The position numbers were made by a program, and so were the translations under genes. Below the pieces are notes generated by a model. It ran no database searches. It was not told where the DNA came from and saw nothing but the letters and a program-made list of their open reading frames with translations. From the NCBI GenBank assembly GCA_964549935.1, contig CAZJVT010000001.1:155922-219921 (forward strand): a stretch of 64,000 nucleotides of DNA. Direction: 5' to 3'. This document shows positions 39,889 to 49,997 of this stretch, piece after piece. Numbering within the stretch: position 1 is the stretch's first letter; every line of letters starts with the position of its first letter. The DNA comes from an uncultured Candidatus Saccharibacteria bacterium. Lineage in GTDB: Bacteria > Patescibacteriota > Minisyncoccia > UBA6257 > 1-14-0-10-44-23.

Positions 39889-40383
39889 ATGGCACAAAAA
39901 ATTACTCCGTTTCTCTGGTTTGATAAGAACTGCGAAGAGGCTCTGAATTTTTACGTTTCGATTTTTAGGGATGCCAAGATTGTTAGCATCAAGCGTTATC
40001 CGGATAGCGGTTTGACCGGTCCGATGCAGGGGATGGAGGGCAAGGTCCTTACCGCAGTGTTTGAGATTTTCGGCCAGACATTTATGGCGTTAGACGGCGG
40101 GCCTTACTTTAAACCGACGGGTGCAGTTTCATTCTATGTTTCCTGCAAGGACCAGCTTGAGGTAGACGCTTACTGGGATAAGCTGATTGAGGGCGCTGAT
40201 CCAAAGGCGCAGCAGTGTGGATGGCTGCAGGACAAGTTTGGTTTCTCCTGGCAGATTATCCCGGAGACGCTGCCGAAGCTAATGACTGACCCGGACCAAG
40301 CAAAATCAGGCCGGGTAATGGCGGCTATGATGCAGATGAAGAAGATCGACGTTGCCGGACTCGAGAAGGCCTATCAAGGATAA
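39889..40383 (+). CDS. VOC family (3-demethylubiquinone-9 methyltransferase-like/PhnB) protein
   Basis: KITPFLWF and CGWLQDKFGFSWQI. Confidence 0.9.
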   Translation: MAQKITPFLWFDKNCEEALNFYVSIFRDAKIVSIKRYPDSGLTGPMQGMEGKVLTAVFEIFGQTFMALDGGPYFKPTGAVSFYVSCKDQLEVDAYWDKLIEGADPKAQQCGWLQDKFGFSWQIIPETLPKLMTDPDQAKSGRVMAAMMQMKKIDVAGLEKAYQG

Positions 40384-40499
40384 CGAGGCGCTACTTTTAG
40401 TAGTACCTCCCTTGGTAGATTGACCAAAAAACACCTGTTACGACAAGCGTCGTCACGAAGACACCGAGCATAAAGATTTGCAGGTCCGTCATAGCGTTT

Positions 40500-40661
40500 T
40501 TACTTCTTCAAGAAAGCGCCAAGGCTCAAAATCGTTGGTACCCAAATGCCGACAAAAAGGCCGTTGTCTTTTTGGCCGCTGAACCAGAGGTAAATCGAGA
40601 TAACTAATGAAACGAGTGCTGCAATACCGATTAATGTTTTGGTTGGGTTTGTGAATGTCAT
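40500..40661 (-). CDS. Small two-TM protein (53 aa)
   Basis: Own translation: MTFTNPTKTLIGIAALVSLVISIYLWFSGQKDNGLFVGIWVPTILSLG... Confidence 0.65.
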   Translation of the reverse strand: MTFTNPTKTLIGIAALVSLVISIYLWFSGQKDNGLFVGIWVPTILSLGAFLKK

Positions 40662-40690
40662 AGTGTATTTAGTATAATACCTTTTTAAAT

Positions 40691-41119
40691 TTATTTTTTG
40701 CGTTTTTTGTTGAAATGGTTGATAAGCACGATCGCGAAAATGACAGCTTGTGAGATCATAATCACGGAGAAGTAGGTAGTGTTGTAGACCGTCTCTTCGC
40801 TTTTTGCCTGAAAACTGATGTTCCCGCGGATGAAAGAGAGTTCGTCAATGATGAGCCCAAACGCAATAGCGGCCATCGTGAAGTAAACCGGCGAAACCGG
40901 ATTATCGAAAAGGATCAGCAGGCAGGAAATGAAGAGCAGCAGGATCCCGTAATCGAAGTGGTGCAGTTCGAAATGAAACAGTAATGGGTCCGGATCGTGC
41001 ACGAAAACAAGCAGACGAGTCAATAAAATCGTGCTAATCATAATCGCCACAAAGGCAATAATTTTGTGTTCCAGCTCCCACTTCTCGAATCTTTTGAAAA
41101 ATTCCATAAAAATAGCCAA
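40691..41119 (-). CDS. Hypothetical membrane protein
   Basis: LHHFDYG...GLIIDE motifs and four TM segments; start uncertain. Confidence 0.7.
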   Translation of the reverse strand: MAIFMEFFKRFEKWELEHKIIAFVAIMISTILLTRLLVFVHDPDPLLFHFELHHFDYGILLLFISCLLILFDNPVSPVYFTMAAIAFGLIIDELSFIRGNISFQAKSEETVYNTTYFSVIMISQAVIFAIVLINHFNKKRKK

Positions 41120-41190
41120 CAGCTTAGCTTTAGTATACTATAAAGCAGCGGGCGCTATCCTTAGGTTTTGCCAGGTGCTAGAATATTTCC

Positions 41191-41952
41191 ATGAGTCAGG
41201 CGATTACGCTTTTTCATACTTTCCCGTTTTTGCCTTACAATCATGAGTTCCAATTGGGCCTTTTTGCTTTTGCGCTTAGCCTGCTTTTTTCCGCCTTCTA
41301 TTTTTGGGATTGGCTGCATTATCACAAGGGTGCGCGTAACCATGTAACGCTTTTCTGGGGAGCCGGACTTTTTTTCTCGTCGTGGTTTCAGATTCCATTT
41401 TTAATCGCGAACGCAGGGCTGCCTTTCTCCGTCCCGGATTATCATCCGCTTTTTGTCATTGTTCTTTCGATTTCATTCGCAGGCACCGTGCTTCTATATC
41501 GTTCGATTAGGATGTTGGCGAAACCGGATGCGGCAAAAATTGACGGTTACCTCGTAAGTTGGGCTGCGCTTTATGCGATTTTTCTAAGTTATAGATTTTA
41601 TAGCCTCGGGGGGACGGTAAGTTCCTCTCTGCCGATTATTGCCGCGACATTCATCTTTAATATCCCGCTTTTTGTTCTGATACTGGTGGCGTTGCTGCGT
41701 TGGTATGGAGTTATGACCTGGAAGGCATCACCGTGTACCGGTTTAGGTATTGTATTTTTCACAGGAGCCATATTGTTTCGAATCGGGGTGGCTGTTTTCT
41801 CCGTTATCACGATGCTACGTTATTCGCCGGAGCTTTGGTTTATCGCAATTATGGCTCCGACGACGCGTTTTGCAGTCCACGCTGTGAGCATTATATTGCT
41901 TATTGCGGCATTACTTTGTATTCATTGCGGTCAGCTTAAGCATAAGAAATAG
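41191..41952 (+). CDS. 7-TM hypothetical membrane protein
   Basis: About seven hydrophobic segments. Confidence 0.7.
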   Translation: MSQAITLFHTFPFLPYNHEFQLGLFAFALSLLFSAFYFWDWLHYHKGARNHVTLFWGAGLFFSSWFQIPFLIANAGLPFSVPDYHPLFVIVLSISFAGTVLLYRSIRMLAKPDAAKIDGYLVSWAALYAIFLSYRFYSLGGTVSSSLPIIAATFIFNIPLFVLILVALLRWYGVMTWKASPCTGLGIVFFTGAILFRIGVAVFSVITMLRYSPELWFIAIMAPTTRFAVHAVSIILLIAALLCIHCGQLKHKK

Positions 41953-42019
41953 CGCAGTGTAGGGGAGAGTTCTAACGCCGCTTGACTATTTTATTTAAAA
42001 AGTATATTATGGTTACTCA

Positions 42020-43345
42020 ATGGAACACCAACCAGAGCAAAAAGCAGGCAGTTTTTATGGTCTTGGCATCGCGCCGAAGATCTTAGAAATCTTAACTTCA
42101 AAGAAGTTCACCATCCCGACGCCCATTCAGGAGCGTTCTATTCCTATTGCCTTAGAAGGTAAGGACTTAGTCGGCATCGCCCAGACGGGTACCGGTAAGA
42201 CCTTGGCCTTTGGTATCCCGCTGTTGCAGCGCCTCGCCGCAATGAAAGGCGGCCGCGGACTCGTTTTAGTGCCGACGCGTGAATTGGCTTTGCAGGCCGA
42301 CGAGACACTTAATATGCTTGGCGTGCCGCTTGGCGCTAAGACCTGTGTGGTTATCGGTGGTGCTTCTATGTATAACCAGGTAATGCAGCTTCGTCGCAAT
42401 CCGCACATTATTATCGCCACTCCGGGCCGTCTTAACGACCACATCCAGCAGGGCAGCGTAAACCTTTCGCAGTTTAAGATTGTCGTTTTAGACGAGGCGG
42501 ACCGTATGCTCGACATGGGTTTTGAGCCGCAGATCAAAACGATTTTGGCCACAGTTTCTAAGGAGCGCCAGACGATGCTTTTCTCGGCTACGATGCCGGA
42601 TCCGATTGTGAAAATTGCGCAAAAGTATATGCAGCTGCCGCTTCGCGTTGAGGTAGCCCGTGCCGGTACCGCCGCTGAAAAAGTTATTCAGGAGCTTTTC
42701 ATCATGCAGAAGTTCGCCAAGACGCAGCTGCTCTCTTCGCTTTTGACGCAGTATCGCGGAACTGTCTTGATTTTCGTCCGTACCAAGCACGGCGCCCACC
42801 GTCTTACTCGAGACCTGCACGCGCTTAGCTACACCGCCGCCGAGATTCACGGCGATCGTTCTTTGAGCCAGCGCAAAGAGGCGCTTGCCGGATTTAAAAC
42901 CGGGAAGTACCGCGTCTTAGTTGCGACTGACATTGCCGCTCGTGGTATCGACGTCAACGGCATTGAGCTGGTCATCAACTTTGATCTGCCGACCAATCCG
43001 GAGGACTACATCCACCGCATCGGCCGTACCGGCCGTGCCGGGCTTCCGGGACGCGCGATTTCGTTTGCGACGCCGGACCAGCGTGGTGAGGTTCGCAACA
43101 TCGAGCGCCTGATGCGCATCGCTCTGCCGATTTCGAAGCTTCCGGCTAATATGCCGGCGCTTCCGGTGATGCCGAAACACGAATATATTGAAACAGTTGC
43201 TCGTCCGCAGCGTCGTCCGTTTGGTGGTCAGCGCTCCCCTCGGGGATACTCGGGGCAAGCCGGAGGTGGCAGCGGCTTTGGCCGCCGTCCGTACGGAGGT
43301 GGTGGAGCTCGCGGTGGCGGTAGCCGCTACGGTGGGAATCGTTAA
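42020..43345 (+). CDS. DEAD-box RNA helicase (RhlE-like)
   Basis: AQTGTGKT, PTRELA, DEAD, SAT, HRIGRTGR and a Gly/Arg-rich tail. Confidence 0.95.
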   Translation: MEHQPEQKAGSFYGLGIAPKILEILTSKKFTIPTPIQERSIPIALEGKDLVGIAQTGTGKTLAFGIPLLQRLAAMKGGRGLVLVPTRELALQADETLNMLGVPLGAKTCVVIGGASMYNQVMQLRRNPHIIIATPGRLNDHIQQGSVNLSQFKIVVLDEADRMLDMGFEPQIKTILATVSKERQTMLFSATMPDPIVKIAQKYMQLPLRVEVARAGTAAEKVIQELFIMQKFAKTQLLSSLLTQYRGTVLIFVRTKHGAHRLTRDLHALSYTAAEIHGDRSLSQRKEALAGFKTGKYRVLVATDIAARGIDVNGIELVINFDLPTNPEDYIHRIGRTGRAGLPGRAISFATPDQRGEVRNIERLMRIALPISKLPANMPALPVMPKHEYIETVARPQRRPFGGQRSPRGYSGQAGGGSGFGRRPYGGGGARGGGSRYGGNR

Positions 43346-43354
43346 AAGTATCAA

Positions 43355-43382
43355 AACAAGAGGCCCGAAAGGGCCTCTTGTT
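43355..43382. terminator. Bidirectional terminator hairpin
   Basis: AACAAGAGGCCC-GAAA-GGGCCTCTTGTT. Confidence 0.8.
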
Positions 43383-43410
43383 GTATTTAGGGTTAGCGTA
43401 AAAAGTTTGC

Positions 43411-44025
43411 TTAGCGCTTCTTAAAGTCAGCCAGCAATGCCGCCGCTTCTTTTTTTGAAAGCAGGTAACCCTGCGAATCTTTTGCCTTGCGCTGTCGGAG
43501 GATCTCATAGAGAAAAAGCGCGGCGCCGACTGAAACATTGAAGCTTTCGACGAAGCCCTGCATCGGCAGGTAGAGGAGTTGACTCGCCATTTTCTTTGCG
43601 ATTTCGGAGATGCCGCGGTGCTCGTTGCCCACGACAAGGGCAATTTTTTTACCACTCAAATCAACTGTTGTGACATCCTGCGCATTTTTATCAAGGATAG
43701 TCGCACAGATCTGGTACTTCTGTTTCTTCAGTTCAGCGAAACACTCCTTGCTGGAGGTGAAGATGCGAATAGTCATCCACTTGTTAGCCGAGGATGAGGA
43801 GACCTTACCTATGCGGCGGGGGTTATAGCGCTTCTCTTGGTCAAAGATAAAATACACCTCCTGGATCCCTAGACCGTCCGCCGTGCGCAGCATTGCTGCT
43901 GCGTTGTGCGGGTCGTGGATGTCTTCGAGGACTAAAATGAGGCCGCTTTGGCGATTTTGTGCAACCTGGGTGAGCCGGGCGAGGCGCCTCGCAGTGAGTC
44001 CGCCGAACTGTTTTTCAGTGAGCAT
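43411..44025 (-). CDS. trmH: tRNA (Gm18) 2'-O-methyltransferase, SpoU/TrmH family
   Basis: DPHNAAAMLRT, VGNEHRG and PMQGFVESFNVS. Confidence 0.85.
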   Translation of the reverse strand: MLTEKQFGGLTARRLARLTQVAQNRQSGLILVLEDIHDPHNAAAMLRTADGLGIQEVYFIFDQEKRYNPRRIGKVSSSSANKWMTIRIFTSSKECFAELKKQKYQICATILDKNAQDVTTVDLSGKKIALVVGNEHRGISEIAKKMASQLLYLPMQGFVESFNVSVGAALFLYEILRQRKAKDSQGYLLSKKEAAALLADFKKR

Positions 44026-44070
44026 TACTCAACCCTATCACAAGAGCGCGTTTGTGGTATAGTCAGGCCA

Positions 44071-44967
44071 ATGTCCGGACCACTTCTTATTTTCATCGCC
44101 GCCGTGCTATGGGGGATCGACGGGATTTTACGCCGGAGTTTATATTCACTTCCGCCGATTACAATTGTTTTTTATGAACACGTAATTGGGGCGTTGATCA
44201 TCTTGCCATTTTTCTTACATATTTATAAAAAGGAGCGATTAACGCGCAAGGAATGGATTGCAATTGGGACTGTTGCGCTTTTTAGTGGACTGCTCGGAAC
44301 TTTATTTTTTACAACCGCTCTGGCTAAAGTTAACTTTATCCCGTTTTCGGTAGTCTTTTTGCTGCAAAAACTTCAGCCGGTATTTACCATCATCACGGCG
44401 TGGGTAGTGCTGAAAGAGAAACCGGGCAAATACTACTGGCTTTGGGCGGCAATCGCAGTTGGAGCAGCATACTTTGTAACTTTCCCTCGCGGTGTCGTGA
44501 ACGTTTCTACCGGGGCGGGTACGCTGGCCGCAGCCGGCTTTGCAGTGCTTGCGGCACTCTGCTGGGGATCAACCACGGCGTTTTCTCGCTATACGCTTCT
44601 TAATCACTCCAATACTTTTATTACCGGTCTACGATTTTTCCTCACTGTACTCTTTGCCATCCCGGCATTATTTATTCTCGGCGCGGCGCCGCAAACAACT
44701 GACGTCGGCGGTGGTGAAGTGCTTCGACTTTTCGCAGTCGCTTTTTCGAGCGGGCTTGTTGCGCTCTGGATTTATTATCGAGGCCTGAAAACGACAAAGG
44801 CCTCGGTCTCGACTATCGTCGAACTGGCGTTCCCGCTAACGGCGGTTATCATCGATTACTTTTTGTATCACAGCACGCTCGCACCGAGTCAGTACCTCGC
44901 AGCCGCCGTACTTTTGTTTGCTGTTTACAAAGTCAGCCGTCTTAAGAGCGCCGTCGTAGCCGTATAG
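44071..44967 (+). CDS. EamA/DMT family transporter
   Basis: Ten TM segments in duplicated halves. Confidence 0.88.
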   Translation: MSGPLLIFIAAVLWGIDGILRRSLYSLPPITIVFYEHVIGALIILPFFLHIYKKERLTRKEWIAIGTVALFSGLLGTLFFTTALAKVNFIPFSVVFLLQKLQPVFTIITAWVVLKEKPGKYYWLWAAIAVGAAYFVTFPRGVVNVSTGAGTLAAAGFAVLAALCWGSTTAFSRYTLLNHSNTFITGLRFFLTVLFAIPALFILGAAPQTTDVGGGEVLRLFAVAFSSGLVALWIYYRGLKTTKASVSTIVELAFPLTAVIIDYFLYHSTLAPSQYLAAAVLLFAVYKVSRLKSAVVAV

Positions 44968-45104
44968 AGAGCAATGCCACTTTAGTTAAGTAAAGTGCTA
45001 TTAGGGCGCAAGATTTGCTATTTCGGGATTTTTGGGTTAAAATATGCTTTCGCGAAATTTGGCTCTGTCATTTCTCGTACACGGGAGAGATCAACTTGGA
45101 GAAG

Positions 45105-45497
45105 ATGGGAGTTCTGGAGGATCGGCTGTGTCGCGCCATGAAGGTAGGAGTTCTCGAGAGAGACCCGGAGTTCATGGCCCAGATGGAAGAGATCGTCACC
45201 GAGGCGGTCAATCGGGGCATCACCCGACTTCCTCCGAGAGTCTGTTCGGGGACCTTCGCGGCGATCTTCTACGAGAAGTTTCTGCAGCCCGAGCTCAAGG
45301 CCAACGGAAGGACTCAGCTTGCGGCGCTGCAGCGTTGGCTCAAGGAGATCAATCCGCTGCTCGTGCGAGCGGCGCAGGAGGCCACGACCGGCGTCGCTGT
45401 CGCCGAGCGCACCGCGACCATGGAGCTGTCTCACGTTCGTCAGCAGGCGTTCGACGCCGAGATGGACGCGAAGATCGCGGCCTTCATGGCCGAGTAG
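45105..45497 (+). CDS. GC-rich orphan protein
   Basis: GGAG SD, GC-rich codons and downstream hairpin CGGCCGGTTCCC-GCGA-GGGGACCGGCCG. Confidence 0.65.
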   Translation: MGVLEDRLCRAMKVGVLERDPEFMAQMEEIVTEAVNRGITRLPPRVCSGTFAAIFYEKFLQPELKANGRTQLAALQRWLKEINPLLVRAAQEATTGVAVAERTATMELSHVRQQAFDAEMDAKIAAFMAE

Positions 45498-45565
45498 TTC
45501 CGCGTTTCGCGACGCAACAAGACGGCCGGTTCCCGCGAGGGGACCGGCCGCTCAAGTTTCCAGAT

Positions 45566-45733
45566 TTATTTTGCCTGGAAGCGGACACCGGCGGCCTCTT
45601 CGGCGATCTGGGTTTCAATGAAAAAGTGATAGCTGCCCCAGACGGCAAGAATGATTAAAAGAAAGAGCGAGATCGCTTTTAAAAAATGCTTGTGTTCAAT
45701 GCTTTTTGCAAATCCGTCACCAAGTTCTGGCAT
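45566..45733 (-). CDS. Small single-TM protein
   Basis: MPELGDGF...TM; start uncertain. Confidence 0.5.
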   Translation of the reverse strand: MPELGDGFAKSIEHKHFLKAISLFLLIILAVWGSYHFFIETQIAEEAAGVRFQAK

Positions 45734-45777
45734 ACCCCCAGTATACCATTTGGGGGATGGCAACTAATACGCTAAGC

Positions 45778-45802
45778 TTAATATGTTCGCTACCTTAACG
45801 TC
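45778..45802 (+). promoter_or_regulatory. ECF-type promoter TTAAT-N16-CGTC
   Basis: Immediately upstream of the second ECF sigma gene. Confidence 0.55.
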
Positions 45803-45809
45803 TTAATCT

Positions 45810-46325
45810 ATGTCGACCGTAGACTTAGCCGCACAATTTAAAGAGGCCTACGAGCTCTATAGTGATGCCATTTTTCGGCACTGCTACTTTCGGGTACGGG
45901 ATCGCCAAGTGGCGCTCGACCTGATGCAGGAGACCTTTACGAAGGCCTGGAGTCACGCGGGCACCAAAGGGGCGCAGATTGAACACCTTCGGGCTTTTTT
46001 GTATACGGTTGCCAATAATTTAATTATTGATAGGAGCAGAAAGAAGCGCGAGTCCTCACTTGAGGATATGGCTGAAGGAGGGTTCGACCCGGGCGAGCGA
46101 GACAAAGGAGTGGAGCGCGACCCAATCGCCGCCGATGCCGTGCGTGAGGCGCTGCAGGATATTAATCCTAAATATCGTGAGGCGCTCAAGCTGCGCTACT
46201 TCGACGACTTAAGTCCGAAAGAAATTGCTAAGGTGCTTGGGATAACACAAAACAACGCCTCGGTACGCATCTATTACGGTCTTCAGGAGTTACGTAAAAA
46301 ATACCCGCATGACGAAATCATTTAA
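45810..46325 (+). CDS. ECF RNA polymerase sigma factor
   Basis: DLMQETFTKAW, FLYTVANN and LSPKEIA. Confidence 0.9.
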   Translation: MSTVDLAAQFKEAYELYSDAIFRHCYFRVRDRQVALDLMQETFTKAWSHAGTKGAQIEHLRAFLYTVANNLIIDRSRKKRESSLEDMAEGGFDPGERDKGVERDPIAADAVREALQDINPKYREALKLRYFDDLSPKEIAKVLGITQNNASVRIYYGLQELRKKYPHDEII

Positions 46326-47760
46326 AGACATACTCGCACAAGCAAAAACAGTTCGCCTGACGGAGAGAGAAAAGGCAAACGGACTGCGCGTGTTAAGCGC
46401 GTTTACGGAGACGCACCCGGTGGCGCAGCAAACGGTGACGTCGCGTTTTACGTTTCAGAGTGTTTGGGTGCGTAGCCTGACCGGCGTGGTCGGCGTCGTC
46501 CTGCTTTTTGTCGGCATTGCTTCTGCATCGCAGAAAAGCTTACCGGGTGAGGCGCTTTACTCAATGAAAGTAGGAATCGTTGAACCGCTACAAGCAGTGC
46601 TGACCTTCTCGCCCGAATCAAAGGCTAGCTGGCAGGGTGAGTTGGCGGTTCGTCGTCTGACCGAATCGGAAACACTGCTGGCGCAGGGGAAGCTTGACGA
46701 GGCGCGCAAAACGGAGCTTGAAACAAGCTTTGAAAAGCATGTTGCGCTGGCGACGCAGCAGCTTGAGGTTGCCGGTGACTCCGCCAAGGCGCTTAGCGTC
46801 AGTTTCGACGTCGAGGCCAAGCTGCGTGCGCATCGCGAGTCGAGCCGACAGGTGGCTACTCTCGACGCGGCAGCTCCACAGGCGGCTTCACTGCGCACAG
46901 CTGCGCCGATGATGCTGTCGGCGCCTGCTCCATCAGCTAAAATGTTTGCAGCTGGAATCGTTGCGGGTGGCACAGAGACGCACGAGGAGCAGCCGCTTGA
47001 TAAGGCGATTAACCAGTTGGCCGAGCTTCGTGCCAAAACCACTGAACGTGCTACAAGTGCTTCGGCGGGCGAGGTCCGAGCTACCGCCGAACGCCTGCTT
47101 AAGAGCGTCGCCGAGGACATCGCTGATGCAAAAAAGCAGTTTTCAAAAAAGCAGGAAAAGCTAAGTGCTGATGAGCAGCTGCGGGTGAGCGAAAAAATCG
47201 CGTTAGCTGATTTGCAGTTCGGTTTTGGCAAAGACAAGATGGCGACAAGCACTCCGGATGAGGCGGCATCGGCGATTGGCTTTTTGCAGGAGGCTCGCAG
47301 TGCGGCGCAGGAGGCTAAGTATCTCCTAGGTATTTATCTTGAAGCCGGCGTCGGGAAAGATGACGCCGTGGGCTTTTCTCCACCTCCGTTTATGCCGAAG
47401 GCTGTGAGTTCCGGAGAAATTGACCCGAGGTTTTTAGGGGCATCAAAGTGTATCAGTAAGAAATATCCTGTTCGTCCACAGCAAGATAGTCGGATTTCAA
47501 TGGATGATTTTTTGAAGTATTCGCGTGAGTGCTACGAGCAAGCCGGTATCAGAGCAGGTATTCCGCCGGCGCCTACAAAAGATTTTTCTTCGAAGGCTGA
47601 TTGCGAGCAAAAGACTAGTAAGCAGTGTGAGCCCTGGATGTGTGATTATATTCCACCAGGTAAAACAGTTGAGGAGGTTTGTCCGAATGGGGGGCAGGGT
47701 TGGTCTCCGGTTCAGCGCTCGAAAAATAACGGAGAGGGTCCGTCGCTAATGGGTGATTAG
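46309..47760 (+). CDS. Putative anti-sigma membrane protein (DUF5667-like)
   Basis: Overlaps the sigma gene; a TM followed by SLPGEALYSMK...RRLTE. Confidence 0.7.
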   Translation: MTKSFKDILAQAKTVRLTEREKANGLRVLSAFTETHPVAQQTVTSRFTFQSVWVRSLTGVVGVVLLFVGIASASQKSLPGEALYSMKVGIVEPLQAVLTFSPESKASWQGELAVRRLTESETLLAQGKLDEARKTELETSFEKHVALATQQLEVAGDSAKALSVSFDVEAKLRAHRESSRQVATLDAAAPQAASLRTAAPMMLSAPAPSAKMFAAGIVAGGTETHEEQPLDKAINQLAELRAKTTERATSASAGEVRATAERLLKSVAEDIADAKKQFSKKQEKLSADEQLRVSEKIALADLQFGFGKDKMATSTPDEAASAIGFLQEARSAAQEAKYLLGIYLEAGVGKDDAVGFSPPPFMPKAVSSGEIDPRFLGASKCISKKYPVRPQQDSRISMDDFLKYSRECYEQAGIRAGIPPAPTKDFSSKADCEQKTSKQCEPWMCDYIPPGKTVEEVCPNGGQGWSPVQRSKNNGEGPSLMGD

Positions 47761-47796
47761 TTGCAGCCCGGGCCTTGCCAGTGTAACCTTAAGGTA

Positions 47797-48468
47797 ATGG
47801 TTAAGCATCGGGTAGGTAAAAAAGCTGCAAAAACTAAAGCACCTGCGAGTATTTCGATTCCGAAATGGCTTGAGTGTACCTGGCGACGGGTTCCGTGCGG
47901 CAAGGCAAGCTGCCCGGTGTGTTCAGTTTTAAACGAAGAGCAAGCCAAAATGGAGGCGCGCGGGGAAGCGGAGGAGTTTATCATCGATACGATGGATGAT
48001 TTGCGATACAGCATCGCTGAGGCGTTTTTGGTTATCGTTGATACAAAAAAAGATTTTAATCACTTGCACGCACATCGGCATCGCGATGCGGCTGTTTTTG
48101 CGCCGCGCCGTTTCCCGCTCTACAGGAAGCTTGATAATTGGCACGAGGAGCTGCATGAGCTTTTTGAAGAGGCAGATCAGGCTGAGAGCATCTGGGTAGA
48201 AAGTATAGATGCGGCAGATCTTGATTGGTATATGCACATCCTGCTTGATTACGTGCATCGGCTGCTTACGTATCAGATGGGGCGGTCCAAGAAAGAATTG
48301 AGCAGCTCCACCTCAATTTCCTATATGCGTTACGTCGTGTCGCAGGTTTGTGCCGCGATTGTCGAGCGGCTGAACCGGTTGGCGCTACTTGATTCAAACG
48401 AAAAAGTTTCTTTTATTATGCTGCTCGGGCAGTTTGCTAAACAGGCAAGAGAAGCAGCAGCTTTATGA
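47797..48468 (+). CDS. Hypothetical protein with a C4 zinc-like motif
   Basis: ECTWRRVPCGKASCPVC. Confidence 0.7.
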   Translation: MVKHRVGKKAAKTKAPASISIPKWLECTWRRVPCGKASCPVCSVLNEEQAKMEARGEAEEFIIDTMDDLRYSIAEAFLVIVDTKKDFNHLHAHRHRDAAVFAPRRFPLYRKLDNWHEELHELFEEADQAESIWVESIDAADLDWYMHILLDYVHRLLTYQMGRSKKELSSSTSISYMRYVVSQVCAAIVERLNRLALLDSNEKVSFIMLLGQFAKQAREAAAL

Positions 48469-49172
48469 CCACCGCTATCGCCAGTCAGCACCTGCGCCGA
48501 TTTGCGAGCTCGAGTCGGGCGACGGTTTCGCGTCGATTTTTCAAGACCGGTCCGGGGCAGTATGGCGAGGGCGATGTGTTTATCGGCGTAAAGGTTCCAC
48601 GCATCCGCGAGGTGGCCAGGGAAAATCTTTTACTGCCACGAGGGGAGATTAAGCAGTTATTGCATTCGAAGGTCCACGAGGAGCGGCTGCTTGCGCTTTT
48701 GATTCTCGTTGATCAGTTTGGGCATGCAAATGAGCACGACCGCGAGGCGATTTACAATTTTTATTTGCTTAATACAAAGCATATTAATAATTGGGATTTA
48801 GTTGACTTGTCGGCCGATAAGATTGTCGGTGAGTATTTGCAAAACACCTCGAAGGCGATTTTGTTTAAATTCGCGAAGTCAAAAAATATTTGGGAGCGGC
48901 GCATCGCTATTTTGGCGACATTTGCTTTTATTAAGCGGGGGCAAAGTGAGCTAACGTTTAAAATTGCCGATATGCTTCGGCACGATGAGCACGATTTAAT
49001 TCATAAGGCGGTCGGTTGGATGCTGCGGGAGGTTGGGAAGCGCTGTTCTTTGCCGGCACTTGAGCGGTACTTAAAGCCGCGATACGCTCGAATGCCGCGG
49101 ACGATGCTTCGTTATGCAATTGAGAGGATTCCGAAGCGTCGCCGGCAGCTCTATCTGCTGGGTAAAGTGTAG
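48465..49172 (+). CDS. DNA alkylation repair protein (AlkD family)
   Basis: FFKTGPGQYGEGD, NNWDLVD and HKAVGWMLRE. Confidence 0.9.
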   Translation: MTTAIASQHLRRFASSSRATVSRRFFKTGPGQYGEGDVFIGVKVPRIREVARENLLLPRGEIKQLLHSKVHEERLLALLILVDQFGHANEHDREAIYNFYLLNTKHINNWDLVDLSADKIVGEYLQNTSKAILFKFAKSKNIWERRIAILATFAFIKRGQSELTFKIADMLRHDEHDLIHKAVGWMLREVGKRCSLPALERYLKPRYARMPRTMLRYAIERIPKRRRQLYLLGKV

Positions 49173-49190
49173 TGGTGGTATACTGCGAGT

Positions 49191-49994
49191 ATGCAGTCGC
49201 TCATTTTGGCACTTGCGGGACTCGTCGGCGGATTTATCGGGAGCGAGGTTGGGGCGGGGGCGATGGTCACCCTGCCGATTTTGCTTTTTATTGGATTGCC
49301 ACCGGTTGCCGCTGTAGCAGCTAATTCGATTTCGGCCTGGCTGATTAATGCGATCGCTACCTACGAGTACTGGAAGAATGGCAAGATTTCAAAAGATATT
49401 GTCTGGCACCTTGCGCCACTCTCGCTGCTCGGCGCATTGATCGGCGCGCACCTCATCAGCATCATCGATCCGCAGATTGCTTCAGCAGTCATCGCAGTTT
49501 TGTTTATCGTCGTCTTTTTTGTGATGTTTATTTTATTGCGTAAGGGAGCGGCGGGACTTAAAACCGGCTCGTCGCGCTATACCGCTTCTAAAAAAGCACT
49601 GGCGGCAGTGCTTTCATTCGGACTTGGTGTCTACGGAGGATTTTTCGCAGTTGGGGTGACGACGCTATTCGTGATGCTCATCGTATTTTTACTTCATCGT
49701 GATTTTGTCCGCGCCGCCGCGGACGCGGTCGCGATTTCGGCTGTATTTTTACTCGGCTCACTGGTTGAGTTTGCGATTACCGGGCTTATTCAGTACAGCT
49801 ACGCTGTGCCACTCGCTATCGGTTCGGCGCTTGGGGCTTACCTTGGCAGCAAGACGGCGCTTAAGTTTGGTAATCGTTGGCTCAAGGGTCTCGTAATGCT
49901 GATGGTTGTTTTAGTAATTGCAAAGCTCACATATGCGGCGGTTGGTTCCGGCGCGCCACTGGCCTGTTCGACCTTGTCACTTTTTTGTAACTAG
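49191..49994 (+). CDS. TauE/SafE sulfite exporter family protein
   Basis: GFIGSEVGAG and GVYGGFF; eight TM segments. Confidence 0.85.
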   Translation: MQSLILALAGLVGGFIGSEVGAGAMVTLPILLFIGLPPVAAVAANSISAWLINAIATYEYWKNGKISKDIVWHLAPLSLLGALIGAHLISIIDPQIASAVIAVLFIVVFFVMFILLRKGAAGLKTGSSRYTASKKALAAVLSFGLGVYGGFFAVGVTTLFVMLIVFLLHRDFVRAAADAVAISAVFLLGSLVEFAITGLIQYSYAVPLAIGSALGAYLGSKTALKFGNRWLKGLVMLMVVLVIAKLTYAAVGSGAPLACSTLSLFCN

Positions 49995-49997
49995 TCG

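Noticed and set aside
40397-40492. 31-aa hydrophobic ORF on the minus strand (MTDLQIFMLGVFV...)
   Set aside because: It is plausible as an operon partner of 40500-40661, but too short to support without homology or expression data.
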